Origin: a virus
Taxonomy: Duplodnaviria; Caudoviricetes
Reading direction: 5' to 3' (one strand)
DNA length: 64,000 nt
IMG/VR virus record: IMGVR_UViG_3300022591_000005
Coordinates: 598 to 64,597 of that record
Below, in pieces: positions 40,258-49,623 of the stretch. Under the pieces are notes generated by a model. That model searched no databases. It was not told where the DNA came from and was given only the letters and a program-made list of their open reading frames with translations. Numbering within the stretch: position 1 is the stretch's first letter; every line of letters begins with the position of its first letter. A program made the translations under genes and the position numbers.

Positions 40258-40597
40258 TAAAACAGAATTAATGGAGATTCTTCAAACTAACAAGAAGAAG
40301 CACATTAAAGAATTCGACGAGTCTGTAAAGGACTATAAAAAGGCTGCACTTAAGGTTGCTAAAGAGCACGTTGAGTTGGCTAAGACTGGCGACTTGGATA
40401 AGATTGCAAAAATTCGTGCAATGCCACAACGTCCATCTAGCTACGAAGACAGTTATAATCGTGCAATCCGCATGATGGAACTTAGTGTTGACGAAATCAT
40501 TGAACTTGAAGAACAAATCTTCAATCAGCTAGTACTCGACGAGTGGTCATGGAAAACTGCATTTACAGCAAGTGGTGCATTGTACAAATCAATTTAA
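40238..40597 (+). CDS. Hypothetical protein
   Basis: AAGGAG SD before ATG 40238. Confidence 0.75.
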   Translation: MRSVKVNKTELMEILQTNKKKHIKEFDESVKDYKKAALKVAKEHVELAKTGDLDKIAKIRAMPQRPSSYEDSYNRAIRMMELSVDEIIELEEQIFNQLVLDEWSWKTAFTASGALYKSI

Positions 40598-40605
40598 GAG
40601 TAACG

Positions 40606-40867
40606 CAGTAAAGGACAGCGCGGTAAGGTTGGCGCCCGTGGCAAATGGTAACTTGGATTCCATAGGATGAGCTAAGGATTAAATTCCGCCCAAGGTAGAG
40701 TATGCCTAAGTTTCGATCAACCCTTCCAACAGTCGGGAAAAAGCGCAAACGCGAAAGCGGTCAGTAAAGGTTGGCACGTTAGTCGGCGATCAATGATACC
40801 AAAGACTAGCAACCGTTGTAAAACTGGCAAATCAGGAAATGATAGTAAAACCCAAGACTGTTACTGC
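40606..40867 (+). ncRNA. Putative ~260-nt structured RNA of unknown family
   Basis: Noncoding, GC-elevated, ends pair (GCAGTAA/TTACTGC), U-tract follows. Confidence 0.45.
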
Positions 40868-40898
40868 AATTTTTTTAACAAAGTAAGAAAGAAGTAAA

Positions 40899-41150
40899 AT
40901 GGACGTAGATGTAGCATCAGAAATATTAGCAGGCAGTATTTTAACAGGCTTGGCATTTGTTGTATTTGTTATTACGATAGTAGTAATCAATAACATTATT
41001 CATAAGTATTGGAAACCTGTGCGTATCTTTACTGCTGATAGTTGGCACTTCAATCCCCCAATTCGTTATGCTTCTGAAGAAGAGCTAAGAAAAATTGCTC
41101 CAACATTGGAGGAAGAACATGGCAAAAAAGAAACAAGCCAAAAAGTTTAA
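40899..41150 (+). CDS. Small membrane protein
   Basis: One TM segment. Confidence 0.6.
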   Translation: MDVDVASEILAGSILTGLAFVVFVITIVVINNIIHKYWKPVRIFTADSWHFNPPIRYASEEELRKIAPTLEEEHGKKETSQKV

Positions 41151-41346
41151 CTATGCTGTAGGACACTACTGGGAAGGCGAAAGCGGATCAGTAGGAACCT
41201 ATGCATACGGCAGTGATCTATTCTTTGGCACAATGGAACAGGCAAAGAGTTTTCTAGCCTATGTTCAAGAGCAAGATAAGAAAGAGAAAAAAGTAGCTGA
41301 TCGCAGAGATTGGCGCATCTTTCAATTGATCGAAGTTCCAGTATGA
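41119..41346 (+). CDS. Hypothetical protein
   Basis: GGAGG SD. Confidence 0.6.
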   Translation: MAKKKQAKKFNYAVGHYWEGESGSVGTYAYGSDLFFGTMEQAKSFLAYVQEQDKKEKKVADRRDWRIFQLIEVPV

Positions 41347-41504
41347 CATTAGAAGAAGCGATTAAAGTTAAAGAGAGCCTAGAAGAGCTAGAAGCTACGG
41401 CTGAAAAGTTTGATTGGGGTCCTAGCCAAGCATTTGCACAACAGCGTCAGGCTGAAGCAATTCGGATTATCAAAAGAGAAATCAAGCAGTTAAAATCAGA
41501 ATAA
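41343..41504 (+). CDS. Hypothetical protein
   Basis: ATGA overlap. Confidence 0.5.
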   Translation: MTLEEAIKVKESLEELEATAEKFDWGPSQAFAQQRQAEAIRIIKREIKQLKSE

Positions 41505-41582
41505 ATAAATTTGTGGATGGTCCACAACTAACACTCTTTAATAACTAGGTACTTAGAGTGTGTACCGTAAAAAGGAAAAACC

Positions 41583-42431
41583 ATGATGTATAATCAAAAA
41601 TTAGTCGCCTCTATCAAATCAAAAGGCAAAGTGCTCCGTGAATTCAAGGACACAGTCTATATTCCATTTGCAAGCGAATATAGCATCTTACTCAAAAACC
41701 TCAATACAACTCGTGCTGTCGTAAATGTGTTTATCGACGGAGAGAATGCTGTTCCTGGCGGACTGGTCATTGACCCGGGTCGGACTGTCGACTTAGAGCG
41801 TTGGATTAAAAACGGCAATCTCTCCGAAGGTAACAAGTTCAAGTTCATTGAACGCACACAGGCAATTGAAGATGGTCCACGTGGTATCAAACTAGAAGAT
41901 GGACTTGTTCGTATCGAGTATCAGTTTGAAATTCCACGTCCAGTAATCAATATTCCAACTTGGACAACTACTACAACTACTTGGAACTCAACACCCTACT
42001 ACGGTGCTAGTGGTAGCCTTGGTTCATTTAATGTAAATGGTGTAATGCGTAGCGTTGATACTAGTAAAGGAGAAACAGTACGTGCTATGGCTAGCGCAGC
42101 AACTGCGGCTACACTAAACAGTATGAATATTACTGCTAGTGGTGCAACTCATGACGGTATGGCTACTATGGACAGCTACGTTAGTGATGTAGGTATTACT
42201 GTACCGGGCAGCAAGAGCGAACAAAAGTTTACTGAAACAACAGTTGGCGCACTAGATCCTACAATACACAACATTGTGTTGAAACTAGTCGGCGACTTGG
42301 GCGATAACAAGCCAGTTACTAAACCAGTAACAGTACAGCACAAACCAAAGTGTGTAACTTGTGGCAAGCAGAATAAGTCTCATGCTAAGTTCTGTGTCGA
42401 GTGTGGGACAGCATTGGAAATATTTGCATAA
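41583..42431 (+). CDS. Hypothetical protein with C-terminal zinc ribbon
   Basis: CxxC..CxxC at the C-terminus. Confidence 0.75.
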   Translation: MMYNQKLVASIKSKGKVLREFKDTVYIPFASEYSILLKNLNTTRAVVNVFIDGENAVPGGLVIDPGRTVDLERWIKNGNLSEGNKFKFIERTQAIEDGPRGIKLEDGLVRIEYQFEIPRPVINIPTWTTTTTTWNSTPYYGASGSLGSFNVNGVMRSVDTSKGETVRAMASAATAATLNSMNITASGATHDGMATMDSYVSDVGITVPGSKSEQKFTETTVGALDPTIHNIVLKLVGDLGDNKPVTKPVTVQHKPKCVTCGKQNKSHAKFCVECGTALEIFA

Positions 42432-42455
42432 ATATTTGTCAAGGAGGAACTTGCC

Positions 42456-42614
42456 ATGAAACAAGCGAAATTAGTTCGTAAGTTGTACAAGGCCTGCTTC
42501 CGACACGATGAAGATGCAATTATGGAACTTCGTAAAGAAGAATTCCGTAAGATACTAAAGCACCGCGCCGAAGGTAAGCCATTTGATACTAAATGGACGG
42601 TGGTTAGGATTTAA
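42456..42614 (+). CDS. Small basic protein (not in ORF track)
   Basis: AGGAGG SD; [14 protein letters not shown]... Confidence 0.6.
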   Translation: MKQAKLVRKLYKACFRHDEDAIMELRKEEFRKILKHRAEGKPFDTKWTVVRI

Positions 42615-42658
42615 CAAATCTGTAATCTTAGCAACATGATACTGCGATAAATATTGGT

Positions 42659-43435
42659 ATGACAGCCAAAACTTATCGCAGTATTTTTATTTCCGATGTA
42701 CATTTAGGCACACGTGATTCACAAGCTGCCAAGCTCAACAATTTTCTCAAACACAATACATGCGAAACATTATATCTTGTAGGAGATATTATCGATGCGT
42801 GGAAAATCCAACAAAACAAATGGCGATGGAAACAAGCACACACTAATGTTGTCCGTCGAGTTCTGGGTCACGCTAAACGTGGCACTAGGGTTGTATACGT
42901 GGCTGGAAATCATGACGAATTCCTGCGCCCGATGATACCATATGGATTTAGTTTTGGACTTGTTGAAATACATAATCAAACAGAACACATCGGAGCCGAT
43001 GGCCGACATTATTTGGTTACACATGGTGATTTATTTGATGGTATTACTCGTCTTGCTCCTTGGCTTGCATTTTTGGGCGACAAGCTATACGACCTAGTAT
43101 TAGATTGGAATAGTCGGTTTAATTGGGTGCGTCATAAACTAGGATTTGGTTACTGGAGTCTTAGTAAATATCTCAAACATAGAGTTAAGAAAGCAAGTGA
43201 CTTTATGTTCCAATTCGAAAAGAATCTTGCCGGATACTGTAAAAAGCGTGGATTTGACGGCGTAATATGTGGACACATACATCATGCCGAAATTAAAGAG
43301 ATAGACGGTGTCATTTATATGAATGACGGTGACTGGGTTGAAAGTTGTACAGCACTTGTAGAGCATCACGACGGTCGATGGGAAGTAGTTACATGGACAC
43401 GAGAGAATGACAAAGACGATACTGATAATAACTGA
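42659..43435 (+). CDS. Metallophosphoesterase, LpxH2/PlcP-like (phospholipase C)
   Basis: SDVHLG, GDIID, GNHD, HGD, GHIH and NDGDWVES motifs. Confidence 0.85.
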   Translation: MTAKTYRSIFISDVHLGTRDSQAAKLNNFLKHNTCETLYLVGDIIDAWKIQQNKWRWKQAHTNVVRRVLGHAKRGTRVVYVAGNHDEFLRPMIPYGFSFGLVEIHNQTEHIGADGRHYLVTHGDLFDGITRLAPWLAFLGDKLYDLVLDWNSRFNWVRHKLGFGYWSLSKYLKHRVKKASDFMFQFEKNLAGYCKKRGFDGVICGHIHHAEIKEIDGVIYMNDGDWVESCTALVEHHDGRWEVVTWTRENDKDDTDNN

Positions 43436-44414
43436 TAATCTTAAGGATCAAATAAACGGTGTTGTTACGACCTACAAAAATATTGAGATTTGTGCTGTTC
43501 GTGACGGTTATAACATTGTGGTGTTGGATCCCGGGTGGTTCCGCTACATTGATTGTCCTGGCTACAACGAAGTCAAGATTGCCTATCCAAGGAACTTGGG
43601 CAAGAAGATTGAGGAGATATCTCCGGATTATATCCATATCGCCACAGAGGGTCCTCTTGGTTTGTGGGCTAGAGCATATCTTTCATTGGCTGGTATTTCT
43701 CACAATACCGCTTATCACACTAAGTTTCCTGAAGGGCTCCGAAAGCTATTTGGAATTCCTGAGTCACTTACCTGGCGATTTGTACGTTGGTTTCATAAGC
43801 ATAGTGGCAAAGTTTTAACTACAACTGACTCGATGGTTGCTGAACTTAAAGCTCATGGGTTCAGTGGAGAAGTCATCCCGTGGACACGTGGTGTTGATCG
43901 TGAAATATTTTATCCGGGCAAACATAAAAAAAATAAAAATCCTATTTTAGTATGTGTTGCTCGTGTGAGTAAAGAAAAGAATTTAGAAGATTTCTTTGAA
44001 TTAGATTATCCTAATGCACGTAAGATCATGGTAGGCGATGGTCCTATGTTAGAAAAATATAAAACACAATATCCTAGCATTGAATTTGTTGGATTTAAAA
44101 CTGGACATGAACTTGCTGCATATTACCAATTAGCAGATGTATTCGTATTTCCTAGTCGATGGGAAACATTCGGTATTGTTATGATTGAAGCAATGGCATG
44201 CGGTACTCCAGTTGCAGCTTACCCATGCCAAGGCCCAGAAGACGTAATAGACGAAGGCATTACAGGCTGCATGAATGAAGACTTAAAACAAGCAGTCAAA
44301 GATGCGCTCATGTTAAATCGTACACAAGTTTGGGAAGGTAGTCACCGTTGGACTTGGGAAAATGCCTGGGAAATATTTAGAGACAATTTAATAGAAAAAT
44401 CGGATACAAGATAA
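43407..44414 (+). CDS. GT4 glycosyltransferase (Agt-like glycolipid synthase)
   Basis: QINGVV, HIATEGPLG, YHTKFPE and ETFGIVMIEAMACGTPV motifs. Confidence 0.88.
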   Translation: MTKTILIITDNLKDQINGVVTTYKNIEICAVRDGYNIVVLDPGWFRYIDCPGYNEVKIAYPRNLGKKIEEISPDYIHIATEGPLGLWARAYLSLAGISHNTAYHTKFPEGLRKLFGIPESLTWRFVRWFHKHSGKVLTTTDSMVAELKAHGFSGEVIPWTRGVDREIFYPGKHKKNKNPILVCVARVSKEKNLEDFFELDYPNARKIMVGDGPMLEKYKTQYPSIEFVGFKTGHELAAYYQLADVFVFPSRWETFGIVMIEAMACGTPVAAYPCQGPEDVIDEGITGCMNEDLKQAVKDALMLNRTQVWEGSHRWTWENAWEIFRDNLIEKSDTR

Positions 44415-44448
44415 GGTATCACCGGAATCCGTAACCGGTAAATACAAA

Positions 44449-45090
44449 ATGAAGGGCCGTATAGCATTATTTTTACATCAACCCTACTGTTCAGTCCAAA
44501 GCGTCAACGGTATTATTAGAGCATTGACTCCACATTATTCTTTTAAGATTTTTACCCGCCATGATTTAGAGGCGGATTTTTTTGACGATGTTGATATAGT
44601 TTGCTTTCCAGGCGGACTCGGTGATGCTAGTAATTTTGATTTTCTTACTATCGATCATTATGAAAGAATACAAACATTTGTTCGGCAAGGTGGTGCCTAC
44701 TTAGGAATATGCATGGGCGCATATTGGGCAGGCAGTGAGTATTTTAATATATTAGACGGAGTCGATGCAGTGCAGTATATTACTCGCCCAAATACCGATA
44801 CAAGGAGACCTCATGCTAAGGATATTAAAATCAATTGGAATGGAGTTGATACAACGATGTTTTTTTACGACGGTTGTGCTTTGGTTGGTAACGGCAAGTA
44901 TGATACAATCGCTACGTATGCAAATGGCGACCCAATGGCCATTATCCAAGGCCGAATAGGCTTAATAGGTTGCCATCTAGAAAGCGAACCGCACTGGTAT
45001 GAAAGTTATAGCTGGATGCAAGGAAAGTATCACAAAGGTAGCCATTATTCCTTGCTCTTAAATTTTGTTGACACTATAATGAACAAATAA
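44449..45090 (+). CDS. Class I glutamine-amidotransferase-like (BPL_N) protein
   Basis: FPGG, GGAYLGICMGAY and HLE motifs. Confidence 0.8.
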   Translation: MKGRIALFLHQPYCSVQSVNGIIRALTPHYSFKIFTRHDLEADFFDDVDIVCFPGGLGDASNFDFLTIDHYERIQTFVRQGGAYLGICMGAYWAGSEYFNILDGVDAVQYITRPNTDTRRPHAKDIKINWNGVDTTMFFYDGCALVGNGKYDTIATYANGDPMAIIQGRIGLIGCHLESEPHWYESYSWMQGKYHKGSHYSLLLNFVDTIMNK

Positions 45091-45115
45091 ATACTTTTTT
45101 AAGGAGATTTCAGAA

Positions 45116-45688
45116 ATGAAATAGATTGAATATGCTTGTAAGGACGTAGTGTTCCATTTTAACAAAAAACACTTAGAAGATCAGACCATTCCTATGTGGG
45201 TCTTAAAATTTCATGGGGAGACATTATATGTCAATCATGTAGACTGTCAGCTACCTTGGAGTACTAAGGAAACGCCAAACAATCCGTCTACTAAAGGTAG
45301 CATCAAAGTTAAGAACGCACTATTGCGTATTAGCGATGATAACGAAGCTACACTCTCAGAACTCACACTAATAGATAAATTCCGACTTCGTAATCAGAAG
45401 CTAGGCATTACTCGTATCATGGCTCCGTATGGATGTGCCACGCACAAGGCACTATTGGCTAATGAGTACAAACACTCTCCTATTAAAACAATAATTGGAC
45501 GTTGCTCTAGTTCGTTTATTGTATGTGATTTACTCAGTAAGAAGGAAGTATTATTAGCTCAAATCAAATATGATGATTGGCGTGAATTAAAACCTAATGA
45601 GTCATATTACACAGAGTACGATAATGTCAAGGAAGAAAACATTAAGGTAGATTATGGACATCCAAGTACCCCATTTGAATACAGTTAA
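45116..45688 (+). CDS. Hypothetical protein with in-frame TAG at codon 3
   Basis: AAGGAG SD + ATG 45116 AAA TAG, continuing in frame into ORF 45149-45688. Confidence 0.6.
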
Positions 45689-45949
45689 GATTTTAATTCC
45701 GCATGGCAAAATTCGTGATGCAATAAAGGATGTGAGAAGATGGCGCATAAGGCATCTTCCACATCGCAGAGTCTACGGAGGGTTAGAAATGGAGCTGTAT
45801 CCTAGTCCAAAGATTTCATTGCTGCAAATCAAGTACGCTTATTGATTTTTTTAATAAGCGTTATTAAAATAATTATTGAAAAAATCAATTAAACCGCTTG
45901 ATTTTATTATTAAATACTATTACAATAAACTTTACAAAGGAGACACACT

Positions 45950-46399
45950 ATGTCAATTACATTGAAAAATTTGGAGTCAGCATTTGCTGGGGAAAGCCAA
46001 GCATTTACTAAGTACATGTACTTTGCTAAACTAGCTCGTGCAGAAGGCTTCGAGGATGTGGCAAAACATTTTGAACACACTGCCAGCCAAGAACTATTAC
46101 ATGCTCACGGGCACTTGGAGTTGCTAATCGGCAAACCAAGTGTTAAAAAGAGCTTGGAACTAGCTATCGAAGGTGAAACAGAAGAGTACACTCACATGTA
46201 CCCAACAATGAAAGCTGAAGCTATTGAAGAAGGCAATCAACAAGCTGCCATCGAAGCACAAAGCCAAATTGATGAATCTAAAGAACACGCAGAGCAATTT
46301 GCCGCAGTTCTAGCAAAAGCAGAAAAGCGTTTTGCAGCACTAGCAAAAGTAGAACAGCGTCATGCTGAAGCATACACACAAATTTGGGAGACAGTATAA
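45950..46399 (+). CDS. Rubrerythrin
   Basis: NLESAFAGESQA..Y, ExxH pairs, MYP motif. Confidence 0.9.
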   Translation: MSITLKNLESAFAGESQAFTKYMYFAKLARAEGFEDVAKHFEHTASQELLHAHGHLELLIGKPSVKKSLELAIEGETEEYTHMYPTMKAEAIEEGNQQAAIEAQSQIDESKEHAEQFAAVLAKAEKRFAALAKVEQRHAEAYTQIWETV

Positions 46400-46530
46400 T
46401 GGATAAGGTATGTATTGTATGTGGACATGTCCACGATGAAGAATTAGAAGGTAAATGGGACGAACTACCTGATACATTTACATGTCCAGAATGCGGAGTT
46501 GGTAAAGAAGACTACGTTGACATGGACTAA
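46399..46530 (+). CDS. Rubredoxin (not in ORF track)
   Basis: CIVCG...WDELPDTFTCPECGVGK. Confidence 0.85.
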   Translation: MDKVCIVCGHVHDEELEGKWDELPDTFTCPECGVGKEDYVDMD

Positions 46531-46913
46531 TGAAAGTAGTTGTCAACGGAACTTTTGACATCTTACACCCCGGGCATCTAGCGTTACTAAATTACGCTAA
46601 ATCGCTCGGGGATTTTCTTTTGGTTGCAATTGATACTGATGCTAGGGTAAGGCAATTAAAAGGTAATGATCGTCCAATTCACTCAGAAGAAGAGCGCAAA
46701 CTAATTTTAGAAAATATTAAGGCAGTTGACAAAGTTTGTTTGTTCAATTCAGACGAAGAGCTATTGCATTTGATATCGCAATGTGATATAATGGTTAAAG
46801 GATCTGACTATAAAGGTAAACCAGTAATTGGATCAGACGTTATTAAAATCATATACTATGAACGAACAGATCATTCAACAACAAAAACAATTCAACGTAT
46901 TACTAATAGGTGA
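46530..46913 (+). CDS. Cytidylyltransferase-family heptose-1-P adenylyltransferase (HldC/RfaE domain II)
   Basis: GTFDILHPGH, LKG..RP and VKGSDY motifs. Confidence 0.88.
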   Translation: MKVVVNGTFDILHPGHLALLNYAKSLGDFLLVAIDTDARVRQLKGNDRPIHSEEERKLILENIKAVDKVCLFNSDEELLHLISQCDIMVKGSDYKGKPVIGSDVIKIIYYERTDHSTTKTIQRITNR

Positions 46914-47622
46914 TACGTGTATTGATACATATATCTACGGAAAAGTAGATCGTATTAGCCCAGAAGCACCAGTTCCAATTTTTGTTCCTCACAGCCAAAT
47001 TGTTAAGGACGGCATGGCTGGAAATGTAGCAAAGAATTTAGAAGCACTTGGGTGTAATGTAAATTTTCTAAAAGGCAAAGTTAGTAACAAACAGCGTCTA
47101 ATTGACGAGCGCAGTAAGCAACAGCTACTTCGCATTGATCACGACGAAATTAGCGACCCTATTGATATAGTAAGCGAATTGCCTAATGTTTACGATGCTA
47201 TCGTTATTAGCGACTACAATAAAGGCACTGTAAGTTACGATTTAATCACGCACCTAGTAAAAACTACAAATGTGCCAATCTTTGTCGATACAAAGAAAAC
47301 AGACTTGTCTAAATTGGGTGGATGCTATATTAAAATAAATGCACTCGAATATAGTCGTGCTACCAATTTACCAATGCGCAAACATCTCATTGTCACACAC
47401 GGCGACAAAGGTGCAGAATGGAATGGTATAGTGTTTGCAGCAGAATCAGCAGGTGACGTCGTAGACGTTACAGGTGCAGGCGATACGTTCCTTGCTGCGT
47501 TAACTTATAAGTTTTTAGAAACAAATGATATGGCTGAAGCAATTAAGTTTGCTAATAAATCTGCAAGCATTACAGTACAACATGTGGGTGTATATGCGCC
47601 GAGATTAGAGGAAATTAAATGA
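46858..47622 (+). CDS. PfkB-family heptose-7-P kinase (HldA/RfaE domain I)
   Basis: RISPEAPVP, ISDYNKG and DVTGAGDT motifs. Confidence 0.88.
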   Translation: MNEQIIQQQKQFNVLLIGDTCIDTYIYGKVDRISPEAPVPIFVPHSQIVKDGMAGNVAKNLEALGCNVNFLKGKVSNKQRLIDERSKQQLLRIDHDEISDPIDIVSELPNVYDAIVISDYNKGTVSYDLITHLVKTTNVPIFVDTKKTDLSKLGGCYIKINALEYSRATNLPMRKHLIVTHGDKGAEWNGIVFAAESAGDVVDVTGAGDTFLAALTYKFLETNDMAEAIKFANKSASITVQHVGVYAPRLEEIK

Positions 47623-47978
47623 CACGACAAACAGGACATGTTAACAAAGGTTGGGGAAGTGAAGAAATTTGGGTAACTAACGACAAGTATTGTAGCAAGT
47701 TCATGCACTTCAACGAAGGCGCAAGATTTAGTATGCACTTTCATCGTGAAAAAGAAGAAACCTGGCGTGTAATGAGTGGCAAGTTTATGATCAAATATAT
47801 CCAAACTAGCAATGCTCAGATGTTTGAAATAATTGGCGAAGAAGGTACAATCTTTCATAATGCTCCTCTACAACCACATCAAGTCATTTGCTTAGAAGCA
47901 GGAACTATATTGGAAGTTAGTACACCCGATAGCGTGGAAGATAACTATAGAATCTTACCCGGAGATAGCCAACAGTGA
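47619..47978 (+). CDS. Cupin-fold sugar isomerase-like protein
   Basis: KGWGSE, SMHFH..KEET, H, EVSTP motifs. Confidence 0.75.
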   Translation: MTRQTGHVNKGWGSEEIWVTNDKYCSKFMHFNEGARFSMHFHREKEETWRVMSGKFMIKYIQTSNAQMFEIIGEEGTIFHNAPLQPHQVICLEAGTILEVSTPDSVEDNYRILPGDSQQ

Positions 47979-48739
47979 AAATTTTAGTTACAGGACATAA
48001 GGGATTTATCGGCGGCCACATAGTCAAAGCTCTTGAAGAGCATGACGTTAGAACCTTTGAATGGGGTGAAACTTGGCCAGATGTTAAAGGTTTGGATTGG
48101 GTTATACACATCGGTGCTGTCAGCAGCACTACTGAGCAAGACATAACAAAAATTATGAAACAAAACTTTGAATTTAGCATATGGCTGTTCGAAGAATGTA
48201 AGCATCATAAGGTTAATATGCAGTACTCTAGCTCTGCAAGTGTTTACGGACTAGTAAGTACATTTCGTGAAGATGCTCCTTTAGATCCTAGAAATTACTA
48301 TGCTAAAAGCAAAGCAGCTTTTGAAAATTATGCTAACAAGTACACCTTTGGAAACATTGTTCAAGGGTTTCGTTACTTTAATGTGTATGGTCCTGGAGAA
48401 GAACATAAAGGAACTCAAGCAAGCCCTTTTACTCAGTTTCGTAAACAAGCAGAGGAAACAGGTAGTATAAAAGTGTTTGAAGGCAGTAACAATTACTTAA
48501 GAGATTTTGTGCCTGTAGAAAAAGTTGTAGAAATCCACAAGAAATTTCTTGACATACCTGAATCAGGCATATATAATGTGGGAACAGGAAAGGCAATTAG
48601 CTTTTTAGACGTAGCAAAAATGTATTCGTCCAAAATAGTTGAAGTGCCTATGCCAGAGGTGTTAAAATCTAATTATCAAGAGTACACTTGTGCTGATATG
48701 TCGAAAACAAATCAAATGTTGCAAAAATACCACATTTGA
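47975..48739 (+). CDS. ADP-L-glycero-D-manno-heptose 6-epimerase-like SDR (HldD/RfaD)
   Basis: TGHKGFIG, SSTTE, YxxxK and RYFNVYGP.E.HKG motifs. Confidence 0.85.
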   Translation: MKILVTGHKGFIGGHIVKALEEHDVRTFEWGETWPDVKGLDWVIHIGAVSSTTEQDITKIMKQNFEFSIWLFEECKHHKVNMQYSSSASVYGLVSTFREDAPLDPRNYYAKSKAAFENYANKYTFGNIVQGFRYFNVYGPGEEHKGTQASPFTQFRKQAEETGSIKVFEGSNNYLRDFVPVEKVVEIHKKFLDIPESGIYNVGTGKAISFLDVAKMYSSKIVEVPMPEVLKSNYQEYTCADMSKTNQMLQKYHI

Positions 48740-48748
48740 TAGGGGTTA

Positions 48749-48855
48749 TTGACAAGAAGTATAAATACTCTTATAATAAAGGCAATTGCAAGAGATAAAT
48801 ATTTTTTGCAGTTAGCCAAAAGTGGTTGACAGTAGAGTCGAAAGACAATACAATA
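48749..48855 (+). promoter_or_regulatory. Tandem promoters of the tRNA island
   Basis: TTGACA..TATAAT with embedded TATAAATA; second TTGACA..TACAAT. Confidence 0.75.
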
Positions 48856-48915
48856 AGGACATGTTAGCAGCAATGGTGCAGTTAACATTTTTGAAAGAGA
48901 TTAAAGAGAAACAAA

Positions 48916-49071
48916 ATGCAATCAACATTTAGACAACAATTTAATACGATAGCCAAACAGGCAGTGCAGATGCACGGCTCATGGTTATGCGCGATTAATA
49001 GTCTATCTAATGATCGCACACCGGAGGGCTATATTAGCTCAGGGTTCTTGGAGGGAAGTGGTTACGCATAA
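48916..49071 (+). CDS. Putative attenuator leader peptide (51 aa)
   Basis: MQSTFRQQ...SGYA; 3' end overlaps the antiterminator arm. Confidence 0.65.
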   Translation: MQSTFRQQFNTIAKQAVQMHGSWLCAINSLSNDRTPEGYISSGFLEGSGYA

Positions 49072-49128
49072 AACGTAAAACTACTTAAACTTTAGGAACC
49101 CTAGGATTAAAAACCCTGGGGTTTTTTG
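49041..49128 (+). terminator. Mutually exclusive antiterminator/terminator (attenuator)
   Basis: Terminator aaccctagg/cctggggtt+T-run; 49041-49053 pairs with 49090-49102. Confidence 0.75.
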
Positions 49129-49144
49129 TTTTGTGGAAGGAAAA

Positions 49145-49309
49145 ATGGATACGATAGATTATACAAAATTAAACGAACGTATTGTTGAGCAGGCTTATGA
49201 AGCTGTTCTTACAAAAGAGCAACTTCAAAAACTTATTCAAAATAAGTTGGAACGTGCTAAACAATACCGCGAAGCGTTAGTGAACTCACCGACGTTTAGC
49301 GTAAATTAG
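49145..49309 (+). CDS. Small hypothetical protein (not in ORF track)
   Basis: AAGGA SD; 54 aa; TAG stop. Confidence 0.55.
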   Translation: MDTIDYTKLNERIVEQAYEAVLTKEQLQKLIQNKLERAKQYREALVNSPTFSVN

Positions 49310-49532
49310 TACAAAGTGTGAAGATACAGGAAACGAGGTCCTGGCAGCGCACTCTAAACATGCTGCAAACGGGCGGCCTAGTCGATGGATAAAGCGAGAG
49401 ATCGTGCTCCTAATGTGGAGTGAAAAACACTAGCGTATAAAGTAAGTTGGGAAATCGTATAGCGTTCTCACTTTGAATGAGTCTAACCAGCTTATTTTAT
49501 ACGACACATTCGAAAGAGTGTGTGATAATTAT

Positions 49533-49619
49533 GGATGCTCGGTCGGAGTTGGAGAGCCACGGCGAGCTGTAACCTCGTTTCCTTCGGGATAGTAAGTTCG
49601 AATCTTACAGCATCCACCA
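49533..49619 (+). tRNA. tRNA-Tyr(GTA)
   Basis: Cloverleaf, loop CTGTAAC, long variable arm, CCA. Confidence 0.85.
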
Positions 49620-49623
49620 ATAT

